From Cyanobacteria bacterium J06626_4 (GTDB lineage Bacteria; Cyanobacteriota; Cyanobacteriia; Phormidesmidales; Phormidesmidaceae), in assembly GCA_038523235.1 (NCBI GenBank), contig JBCBJQ010000084.1, forward strand, positions 1 to 26,525: a stretch of 26,525 nucleotides of DNA, given 5' to 3'. Position numbers and translations under genes: made by a program. The notes beneath the pieces were generated by a model that saw only the letters and a list, made by a program, of their open reading frames with translations, was not told the DNA's origin and did not search any database. Within the stretch, counting starts at the first letter, position 1, and each line of letters starts with the position of its first letter. Below, in pieces: positions 18,731 through 26,525 of the stretch.

Positions 18731-19405
18731 TTAGGCCTTCGCCATTTGCCGCTTTTTTCGCTTCACCATTAGGGTGATCCAGCGTTGCCACGCGGCTAAA
18801 GACGCGGCATCAGGGTCAGTTTGCTGCCAGGCCGTTCTCTGTGTCAGGCGATCGCACCAGGCAGCAAGCGACGCATAGGCTGGCAAGTTCACACCCAGTC
18901 GCGTCATCAAGGGCAGAGCCGCGCCCGCCGTCACATCTGCTAGCGACAAGCGATCGCCACCAAAGTAATCGTCTGTGCCCAGTTGCGCCGCCAAAAAAGT
19001 CAGCACGGTGTCGAGCTTGGGGGGAATAGTTGGGGCAGCCTCGGACTGGGCCGCGTCAGCGTTGGCAAACACTAGCACCGGTAATTGGGGGACCAATTCA
19101 TTCGCAATCACGAACTGCACCATCTTCATGCGGGCGATCGCGGCGGGATTAGTCGGAGATAGCGCCGGAGTCGGAAATTTGGCTTCTAAATAGTCCAAAA
19201 TTGCGAACGACTCTAAAATTTGCAGGTCGCCATCGACCATGACGGGCACATGATGAAAGGGATTCAGTGCCAGATAGTCGGGCTTGAGATTTTCGCGATT
19301 TTTGAGATCAACGAGTATGGGCTCAAAGGCGATCGCTTTTTCTAACAGCGCTAGCCAGACCCGACGAGCGATGGGCGAGAGGGGATGGTAGTAAAACTTC
19401 AGCAT
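18731..19405 (-). CDS. Glutathione S-transferase family protein
   Basis: SPIARRV, LNPFHHVP, ILESFAILDYL and LSLADV motifs. Confidence 0.93.
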   Translation of the reverse strand: MLKFYYHPLSPIARRVWLALLEKAIAFEPILVDLKNRENLKPDYLALNPFHHVPVMVDGDLQILESFAILDYLEAKFPTPALSPTNPAAIARMKMVQFVIANELVPQLPVLVFANADAAQSEAAPTIPPKLDTVLTFLAAQLGTDDYFGGDRLSLADVTAGAALPLMTRLGVNLPAYASLAAWCDRLTQRTAWQQTDPDAASLAAWQRWITLMVKRKKRQMAKA

Positions 19406-19436
19406 ATGGACTCCAGAAATAATTGTGAGCTAGAAG

Positions 19437-19450
19437 AGACCGGTCGGTCT
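19437..19450. promoter_or_regulatory. Putative TetR operator upstream of the GST gene
   Basis: Palindrome AGACCG-GT-CGGTCT about 30 bp before the GST ATG; resembles the NemR box TAGACC-N4-GGTCTA. Confidence 0.7.
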
Positions 19451-19501
19451 TTTTCGAGGTAAATAAAAAACGCGATAGAACTAGGGGGTTCAGAGGCGCG
19501 A

Positions 19502-20128
19502 TCACAAACGGGCGTGGAGACTATCTATATAGATATGGAGGTGCGTTTTCGCTCGGTCTAAGTGGGTGCGATCGCCATACAGCTTAGCAAGCATCAACGC
19601 CCCTTCTAACGTGGCGATCGTGATCGTTGCGACCGCATCGGCATCGGTTGACGGCAGCAATTCCCCAGCCTTGATACCTTTTTGGATAATGCGCCTGATC
19701 AAATAACGCCAATCATCCATGGCCTGTTGTGCGCGCTCTCTCAGGGCCGGATGGGCATCGTCGCTGTCGATCGCTGTATTCATCAGCGGACAGCCGCCCC
19801 AGGCCGAGATGGTTTCAAAGCTGTCAGCAAAGGCTGCCACCATTGCCTGTAGCTTCTTGCTGCTGCCCTGTTTGCCCTTCAGCGCCCTGACGTGGCGTCG
19901 GCTCGCCAGCCGGATACCGTAGTCAAACGCTGCGATCGCTAATTCATCCTTGCTGACAAAGTGGTTGTAAATGCCTCCTTTCTTTAGGCCAGTGGCGGTC
20001 ATCAGCTCCGCCATTGAAGTGCCTGCATAACCGCGCTGATTGAACAGCTGCGCCGCTTTTTCGATGATGTGCCCGCGAGTTCGAGCCGCCTTCGAGATAT
20101 GAACAGACCGATCGGTTTCTTTCATCAT
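19502..20128 (-). CDS. TetR/AcrR family regulator (NemR/LmrA/YxaF-like)
   Basis: HTH RGYAGTSMAELMTATGLKKGGIYNHFVSKDEL; C-terminal domain GGCPLMNTAID. Confidence 0.93.
   Translation of the reverse strand: MMKETDRSVHISKAARTRGHIIEKAAQLFNQRGYAGTSMAELMTATGLKKGGIYNHFVSKDELAIAAFDYGIRLASRRHVRALKGKQGSSKKLQAMVAAFADSFETISAWGGCPLMNTAIDSDDAHPALRERAQQAMDDWRYLIRRIIQKGIKAGELLPSTDADAVATITIATLEGALMLAKLYGDRTHLDRAKTHLHIYIDSLHARL
20105..20118. promoter_or_regulatory. Putative autoregulatory TetR operator at the 5' end of tetR
   Basis: AGACCG-AT-CGGTTT, 12/14 identical to the site at 19437. Confidence 0.6.
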
Positions 20129-20157
20129 TCATCACCATAACCGAAAAAAGGTAAGAC

Positions 20158-20303
20158 TCCGAATGCCGGATGCCGTACTTCGAATTCAAAATTCTGTAGG
20201 GTTATTCTCTGAGAAGTCGCTGTGCGTCTAGTGCCCTTCCTGCAGAGGACTCTGATCGCTCAATTCCGGATGCCGGATGCCGCACTCCGAATTCAAGATT
20301 CTG
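20158..20303. repeat. Two copies of a 39-bp heptamer-periodic repeat (20158-20196 and 20265-20303)
   Basis: TCCGRATGCCGGATGCCGYACTYCGAATTCAARATTCTG, 35/39 identical between copies. Confidence 0.85.
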
Positions 20304-21172
20304 CGCTCATCTAAATAAAGCGGATCGATTCCTTGTCTGGCATAGTGCATCCGTAATTTGAGTCCCAGCGTAATTTGCTTCATTACCCAATACAGTCCTG
20401 TCACAATAATGAAGGTGACAAAAATGACGGCGAGTGGCCGTTTTGACGTCAGCGTGTTGAGCGTGATGGCTAGCACACTGGTGGGGTCAATTAAGATATC
20501 CCAGCTGTTGAGGCGAATAAAGCGTCCGAGGTAGATCCCAAATGCACAAAGGGCATGCAGCGTGAGTTCTGCCGGCACGATTAACCGACTCAGGGCTCGG
20601 GCCTTGAGGAAATAGTTCACGTTTAAGAGCGCGATGACGTAGGCTTCAAACCCCAGCAAAATCGCACAGAAATGCAGCGGAATAAACACGAGGGCAATAA
20701 TCCAAACGGGCGTTTCGCCATAACTCGTGCCGCGAATCAGGTGAATGATATCGGTCAAAACATAAGGCGCATTGGGCAAAAAGGCCATAAACACCGCCAG
20801 CCCCGCCCACCACTGCCCCAGTTTTGAGGTGTCGGCTCGCCGCGATAGCCATAAGCTCACTGCGAGCGAGATCACGACCACGAGCGCCACCCCCGCTAAC
20901 TGCAGCATCACCTCGGTATTGCCAGACTGCAGGCTCCGCCAGCTACCGGCCAGGGACTGGCTCACTCTGGGTAATCGCGCTCGCAGGCTGATGACGCCGA
21001 TCAGCGCCGTGATGAAACAAGCGGGGACAAACCATGGCGACGAGGCCTCGCGTTGCCGGAATAGTCTGAAACTTAGTAGCAAAGGCACAAAGGCCAAAAA
21101 CAAATTCCACAGAATCCAACCGCTGTAAACGTTGTTGAGGCTCTGCAAAAGGTCGAGCAGGAGCGATCGCAT
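20228..21172 (-). CDS. DUF1361 family membrane protein
   Basis: WNLFLAFVP, FLPNAPYVLTDIIHL and GIYLGRFIRLNSWD motifs. Confidence 0.85.
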   Translation of the reverse strand: MRSLLLDLLQSLNNVYSGWILWNLFLAFVPLLLSFRLFRQREASSPWFVPACFITALIGVISLRARLPRVSQSLAGSWRSLQSGNTEVMLQLAGVALVVVISLAVSLWLSRRADTSKLGQWWAGLAVFMAFLPNAPYVLTDIIHLIRGTSYGETPVWIIALVFIPLHFCAILLGFEAYVIALLNVNYFLKARALSRLIVPAELTLHALCAFGIYLGRFIRLNSWDILIDPTSVLAITLNTLTSKRPLAVIFVTFIIVTGLYWVMKQITLGLKLRMHYARQGIDPLYLDERRILNSECGIRHPELSDQSPLQEGH

Positions 21173-21372
21173 GGCAACCAACAGAATGAAAATGTTGTCT
21201 TCATCACTCTAGTCGCTGCCTTTTGAGATGGGGCGATCGCCCCACCTTTTCCGACCATTCCCCCCGGCTCACGGCGCGTTGCATTTCTTCAAGGTTTATC
21301 TCTTCTCGAAATAAAAAGGCCCGCATCGCTAAGCACCTTTTATGCTCAAAACGAACACACGAAGGTGGCGGT

Positions 21373-22593
21373 ATGGGTAAGAAACGCAGGCGCGGCAAAA
21401 CTCGATTGGGCAAACCGGTACAGAAACCAGTGCAGGGCAAATTGTCATTCATGAATAGCGAGACTGACGACGAAGAAATTAGCCTGCTGGATTACAACTA
21501 TGATGCGCCGGGGAGCATTCCCGGCACACTCAATATTCCCGACGATGCTGAGCCCACAGAGCTGGCCTTCATTAGTTTTGATGCCGATCAGGCCGTGCGC
21601 AAAAAGCTGCAGTCGCCAGAAGAATGTTTGCCCTATCTAGAGCAAAACATGGTGGCTTGGCTCGACGTCAGGGGGTTGGGGACTGAGGCGATCTTGCAGC
21701 AGATTGGCAGTACCTTTCGCTTGCATCCCCTCGTGCTAGAGGATGTGGTGAATGTGCCGCAGCGGCCCAAGCTGGAATTTTATGAAGATCATCTATTGAT
21801 GATTGTGCATATGGTGCGCCCGTCTAAAAAGGGGCACGGCTTTAGCCCAGAACAGGTGGGCTTTATCATTCGTCATCACGTGCTGCTCACTATGCAAGAG
21901 GAAAGTTTGTGGGACTGCTTTGACCCGGTGCGCGATCGCATTCAGCGCAACTTGGGGTTTGTGCGCCAGCGGGGGGCAGGATATTTGGCCTACACCCTGC
22001 TGGACAACATTGTGGATGGTTATTTTCCGGTGTTAGAACAATACGGCGAATATATTGAAGAACTGGAAGAGGAAGTCGTGATGCGTCCCAGCCGCAAAAC
22101 TTTGGAAAAGATTCACGACTTGCGCCGCGAGTTGCTAATGCTGCGTCGCTATATCTGGCCCCAGCGCACGGTGATTAACACGCTAATTCGCGATGGCAGT
22201 GATTTTTTGACCCAAGAAAATCGCATCTATTTGCAAGACGTCTATGACCACATTATTCAGATCTTGGATATTTTAGAGACCTATCGTGAGGTGTCATCGA
22301 GCCTGATGGATGTGTATCTGTCGTCGGTGAGCAACCGGATGAACGATGTGATGAAGCTCCTCACGGTGATCTCCACCATCTTTATTCCCCTAACTTTTAT
22401 TGCCGGGGTATACGGCATGAATTTTGACACCAGCGAATCGCCTTTCAACATGCCAGAACTCGACTGGTATTGGGGCTATCCGCTGTGTTTGGGCGTGATG
22501 GCGGCCATCTCAATCATTCTGGTGGTCTTCTTCTGGCGACAGGGCTGGTTCGAAAACTTTGCTGCACCACCGCCACCCGAAAGCGATGCCTGA
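21373..22593 (+). CDS. corA: Magnesium/cobalt transporter CorA
   Basis: LHPLVLED, QRPK, FIPLTFIAGVYGMNF and MPELDW motifs. Start uncertain (21373 or 21451). Confidence 0.96.
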   Translation: MGKKRRRGKTRLGKPVQKPVQGKLSFMNSETDDEEISLLDYNYDAPGSIPGTLNIPDDAEPTELAFISFDADQAVRKKLQSPEECLPYLEQNMVAWLDVRGLGTEAILQQIGSTFRLHPLVLEDVVNVPQRPKLEFYEDHLLMIVHMVRPSKKGHGFSPEQVGFIIRHHVLLTMQEESLWDCFDPVRDRIQRNLGFVRQRGAGYLAYTLLDNIVDGYFPVLEQYGEYIEELEEEVVMRPSRKTLEKIHDLRRELLMLRRYIWPQRTVINTLIRDGSDFLTQENRIYLQDVYDHIIQILDILETYREVSSSLMDVYLSSVSNRMNDVMKLLTVISTIFIPLTFIAGVYGMNFDTSESPFNMPELDWYWGYPLCLGVMAAISIILVVFFWRQGWFENFAAPPPPESDA

Positions 22594-22769
22594 GCGATCG
22601 CGGGCTCTCCTTTGCACTGGAGCGCCTGTTCTTAGATGCCTCTCTTCGCTCCCTCTATGTTGTCCGTTAATTAGAATCGGTTGCCCAATTTCCCAAATCT
22701 GCTCAATCAGCTGCAGTGATACGATGACGATGACTTTTGCCCCATCCTCTTTCTACCCTGCCAACGTTC

Positions 22770-23282
22770 ATGGATCTCAAGCAGCTGATTCGCGAAATTC
22801 CTGACTTTCCTAAACCGGGAATTTCCTTTAAAGACATCACCACCTTATTGGGCAATCCAGCGGCCCTCAAACATGCGCTCGACTTGTTAGAGACCCAGTG
22901 TTTGGCGATGCGTCCTGACTATGTGGTCGGTATTGAGTCGAGAGGGTTTATTTTTGGCATGCCTTTGGCCGATCGTCTGAATGTCGGCTTTGCGCCCGTA
23001 CGTAAGCCTGGTAAATTGCCTGCCCCGACCCACTCGGCTGAGTATGAGCTGGAATACGGCTCTGACCAGCTCGAATTGCATCAGGATGCGTTTGTGCCGG
23101 GCAGTCGCGTCGTGGTGGTGGATGACCTGATCGCGACGGGCGGCACGGCGCTGGCCACCGCTGAGCTGATTCAAAAAACCGATGCGGTGCTGGCGGGTTT
23201 TGGCTTTGTGGTGGAGTTAGCTGATTTGAGTGGGCGTAAGAAGCTGCCCGAAGTCCCCATTATTAGCCTGGTGCAATATTAG
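22770..23282 (+). CDS. apt: Adenine phosphoribosyltransferase
   Basis: [25 protein letters not shown] and [11 protein letters not shown] motifs. Confidence 0.97.
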   Translation: MDLKQLIREIPDFPKPGISFKDITTLLGNPAALKHALDLLETQCLAMRPDYVVGIESRGFIFGMPLADRLNVGFAPVRKPGKLPAPTHSAEYELEYGSDQLELHQDAFVPGSRVVVVDDLIATGGTALATAELIQKTDAVLAGFGFVVELADLSGRKKLPEVPIISLVQY

Positions 23283-23405
23283 AGCACGTCATCTACTCAC
23301 AGCTAAAACTTTTGAGTCAGCCATGACCGCGAGCGCCCTCAGCTAGAGCTGGCAAATAATTTGGCCAGTCATACATTCCCTAATCATGACGACAGGTTCT
23401 AATAT

Positions 23406-23426
23406 GGGGGGCATTACCCCCTTTTT
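23406..23426 (+). terminator. Terminator-like hairpin between apt and the permease gene
   Basis: GGGGGG-CATTA-CCCCC-TTTTT. Confidence 0.4.
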
Positions 23427-23432
23427 AGTCGT

Positions 23433-24494
23433 ATGACGCCGTCTCAACCTTCTCGCCCGCAGCGATCGCCTGTCGAAGTCTGGTACCTCGCACAAAACTT
23501 TTTGCTGAGTGAAACTAGCCTTTATGTCTTTAAGCGAGTCTTGCAGGCGATTTTGACGTTGTTTTTGGCGTCGATTTTTAGCTTTTTTGTCATTCAGCTG
23601 TCACCAGGCGATTTTTTAGATCTTTATCGCCAAAATCCGCAGGTGTCACCCGAAACAATTCAACAGCTCGAAGAACAATTTGGCCTCAATCGCCCCGTTT
23701 GGGAGCAATATTTTCGCTGGCTGTGGCAGGTGGTGAGCCGCTTTAATTTTGGCACTAGCTTTGCCTATCAGCGTCCCGTGGCCGCAGTGCTGTGGGAACG
23801 GATTCCGAACACGCTGTTGCTGTCGGTGTCGTCCATTATTGTGACCTGGGCGATCGCTATTCCCCTCGGCATTGTTGGAGCCGTTAAGCAAAACCGCTTT
23901 GTCGATCAGTTCTTGCGGGTGGTGAGCTACTTGGGGCAGGGCGTGCCCACGCTCATTACCGGCTTGTTGCTGCTCTTTTTTGCCCAAATTACAGCCCCGC
24001 TGTTTCCCATTGGCGGTATCACCAGCATCAACCACGAAGACCTCAACTGGTTTGGCAAAATGCTCGATGTGGCTTGGCACCTAGTGTTGCCGACGCTGGC
24101 TCTGAGCGTGACGAGCTATGCGGGTCTGCAGCGCATTATGCGCGGCCAGCTATTAGATGTGCTGCGGCAAGACTACATCCGCACGGCCCGTGCCAAAGGC
24201 CTGCCCGAAAATCGCGTGATTTACGTTCACGCGGTGCGCAATGCGATGAATCCGATGATTACGCTGCTGGGATTTGAGTTTGCCAATATCTTGGCAGGGG
24301 CCTTCATCACCGAGAACTATTTCAACTGGCCGGGGCTAGGGCGGCTGATTTTACAAGCGGTGCAGGCGCAAGATCTGTATTTGGTGATGGCCAGCCTGAT
24401 GATGGGGGCGGTGATTCTCATTGTGGGCAACCTGCTGGCCGATATTGCCCTGACGTTTGTTGATCCACGTATCCGACTCTCAGAGATGAATTGA
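23433..24494 (+). CDS. Peptide/nickel ABC transporter permease (DppB/AppB-like)
   Basis: PGD...FGLNRPVWEQY, DYIRTARAKGL (EAA loop), FNWPGLG and DPRIR motifs. Confidence 0.94.
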   Translation: MTPSQPSRPQRSPVEVWYLAQNFLLSETSLYVFKRVLQAILTLFLASIFSFFVIQLSPGDFLDLYRQNPQVSPETIQQLEEQFGLNRPVWEQYFRWLWQVVSRFNFGTSFAYQRPVAAVLWERIPNTLLLSVSSIIVTWAIAIPLGIVGAVKQNRFVDQFLRVVSYLGQGVPTLITGLLLLFFAQITAPLFPIGGITSINHEDLNWFGKMLDVAWHLVLPTLALSVTSYAGLQRIMRGQLLDVLRQDYIRTARAKGLPENRVIYVHAVRNAMNPMITLLGFEFANILAGAFITENYFNWPGLGRLILQAVQAQDLYLVMASLMMGAVILIVGNLLADIALTFVDPRIRLSEMN

Positions 24495-24525
24495 TCAGCG
24501 CATAATTAGATCGCCCTATGTATTT

Positions 24526-24591
24526 GTAGGATGGATTGGCCACAGCGAAACAATCGCAGGTGTTGGGTTTCGTTCCTCCACCGCAACCTAC
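24526..24591. repeat. Degenerate GTAG-type REP/REPIN-like inverted repeat element
   Basis: TGTAGG...CGAAAC...TGTTGGGTTTCGTTCCTCCACCGCAACCTACA; the ends are complementary and the right half resembles a dispersed cyanobacterial repeat as I recall it. Confidence 0.55.
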
Positions 24592-25380
24592 ACGTTCTCA
24601 TTCTATTTAGGGCAACCTACTTACCCTGATTAGGCAGCGTTTCCACGGCTAATCTTGAACGGTAGCGGGGTTAACCGGCTGCTCAAGAATGGTCTCGTAG
24701 CGCATGCCTGCATCCTAGCCATAAACACAGCCCGACTAGAGCCGCTTTGTGCTGAACATCTGTATTTGAATTGTCATATGGGACATCAAGCAGCTTAGAA
24801 CTGATAGCTAAGGAGATCTACAAATCCTTCCGACCAATTCTCAGTTCCCACAGACTTGAACATAATTATTTTGAGGCCTCTTCGTCGATACCACTCGCTT
24901 CGTGCTCATTAATCTTGAGCTAGTGAAGGAGATTGGGAGGGTGAATAAATCCATTCTGCTCGTAAAGATGGCGATTATGAGCGAGGAGTATTGGGAATAA
25001 AGAGATCGGCTTGTTTTGCCGAGCATTCTGCCTAACTCAACATCTGCAAGACAATACCAAAGCCTTAATAGAGCTTCAAGACGCACAAAGTAACAACATC
25101 GAAGATTGCGACTGGCCCCATAATCGCTCCAACCAAACAATGCTTAAGACCTAGATGACCTATTGTCTGCTGTTTATCGGATGCCAAATATGCTGGGGAG
25201 GCAATTTCTTGAGATAAGTATGGCTGAGGGTAAATGCATCTTTCCCTCTCTGGGACTACCCGTTCTCGGAGATCGAAAAAGCTAAAAATTATGTTGGCGC
25301 GACCTGGCACTTCATTTACTGCCACAGCGTATTGTTACATGTTTGAGCTCATTCGTGAAAGATTCATTAGACAGCCAAGC

Positions 25381-26300
25381 TTATCGCTGTTCGAATTTAA
25401 CAATAAAGATATTTTCATCAAAGAGATATATGTTGTAATCCTCAGCAGATAAGATGGCTTCTGTCTTTTCGGTGAATTCATTAGCCACCTGTCTTTCATT
25501 GAGGCTATCCCTGTAAAGATAAGTGGGTTTGTGCTCCATTCCTTGGCTTTTCAATAATTGATAACTATGGAACCAATGTCGGAAATATGATGGCAGCATT
25601 TCTTTCATAAATGGATACTTTCTCCGAGCAACTTTTACTAGCGGGCTAGCATCATCCATTTCTCCCAAAATAAATATTTTTGATTCTTCAGAAGACATCA
25701 ACTCATTCGTTGTGGCTGTTTTGAGATCTATGAGAAGCCTTGATGCAGTTGTTTGGTTGTAAAAAGTTTGTGCTGAAACCACATTTCCATACGTGAGGCT
25801 AATATTAATAAACAAAATAGCTAAGATCGTTGTAGATACTATTGTGAAAATCTTGAATTCCTCATTCTGCTTAATTTGTTTCCATAAAGTAAGCCCTGAG
25901 CCACACAAGAGAGCACTGAAACCCATGAGAACCCGAGGCTCCCAGACAGGATTTAGCAGAAGGAGATTTAACCCACCAATAGAACTGGCAAGTATAAAGC
26001 CATAGAGCATGACTAGTATAGAAATATGAAAGAATTCTTTTGCCTGGAAAAAAGAAGACCTTTCAATCTTCAATATTGTTTTGATTGTCATCAAACACAG
26101 AGAAAAAAATATGAAAGCCAGGTATGTCATTGTCAAGAGGCCTAAAACCTCAGTTCCTAGCAATAGCTTTAAGTAGTCGATTAAGGAGATGAAATTCTCT
26201 AAAACTATTTTAGGAGTTTCCATTAAAGAAGGCGTTCTGGACTTTTGCAAGCCATAGTTTCTTCCTACAAATATTATTTTTATTGGGAAATATAGAGCAA
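25381..26300 (-). pseudogene. GtrII-like (Glucos_trans_II) membrane glucosyltransferase, C-terminal part, 5'-disrupted
   Basis: Multi-TM ORF with EPRVLMGF and a soluble C-terminal tail. The frame stays open upstream of the track start (ALYFPIKIIFVGRNYG-LQKSR) until TAA at 26307-26305; no convincing start. AT-rich and HIP1-free. Confidence 0.7.
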
Positions 26301-26525
26301 AGAATTAGAATCACCTAGCATCAAGGGATATCTAAATGGAATATTCTTGGGGGCCGTTTTCCTTTTTTCTTCACTTAGCTTATACCAAGCAGCTTTCGGG
26401 ATTTTCATGGCTTTCTCAGCTACGTATTCTATTGTGAATTTATTTCACAATAGAATACATGGGAATTTATCAAAAATTGCATTTAGCTACATTACATCAG
26501 CTAGTATAGCCCTTGCTCTATATTT
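26296..26525 (+). pseudogene. Inverted middle fragment of the same GtrII-like gene
   Basis: The + frame reads SKELESPSIKGYLNGIFLGAVFLFSSLSLYQAAFGIFMAFSATYSIVNLFHNRIHGNLSKIAFSYITSASIALALY. It contains the LSLYQ motif typical of GtrII-like proteins and ends in the same ALY(F) nucleotides that begin the minus-strand part. Confidence 0.7.

Larger units (their letters stand above)
2184..23860. repeat. Dispersed HIP1 octamers (GCGATCGC)
   Basis: About 40 copies counted by eye (e.g. near 2185, 3026, 5644, 8691, 11265, 14186, 16969, 19134, 22595, 23850). Confidence 0.95.

Noticed and set aside
21223..21372. Extended TTG start for corA from the ORF track
   Set aside because: It lies in the divergent promoter region and does not look like protein sequence; downstream ATGs are more plausible.
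24841..25452. ORFs 24841-25140, 25065-25325 and 25234-25452
   Set aside because: No recognisable domains, weak starts and mutual overlap; cannot be supported.
1..26525. Prophage, IS element, tRNA/rRNA or a canonical defence system
   Set aside because: No integrase, transposase, phage structural gene, cloverleaf or known defence-gene motifs were seen.

Overview
Cyanobacterial chromosomal segment. About 40 HIP1 octamers (GCGATCGC, counted by eye) and short C-rich or heptamer repeats suggest a filamentous, Leptolyngbya-like organism (inference). The core (about 2.4-24.5 kb) holds housekeeping and accessory genes: pepA, a TPR lytic transglycosylase, a RodZ-like protein, tatC, a SAM methyltransferase, argF, cobO, an ADP-ribosylglycohydrolase/nicotinamidase-like pair, an LRAT-PspA fusion, two FHA proteins (one FraH-like), DUF2811, an MFS transporter, GST with a TetR regulator, DUF1361, corA, apt and a peptide ABC permease. 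Both flanks lack HIP1. The left flank carries the 5' end of a large Ig/cadherin-like tandem-repeat protein gene that the ORF track missed. The AT-rich right flank carries a GtrII-like glucosyltransferase gene split across both strands at an inverted-repeat junction. The strongest signals are (1) that inversion or fold-back, which may be an artefact; (2) an 11-bp-phased DnaA-box cluster with an AT-rich flank upstream of DUF2811, with no dnaA/dnaN in the window; (3) paired TetR operator palindromes; and (4) the LRAT-PspA fusion next to a possible NAD by-product module. No CRISPR array, transposase, tRNA or rRNA was seen. Family calls come from motif recognition, not from database searches.
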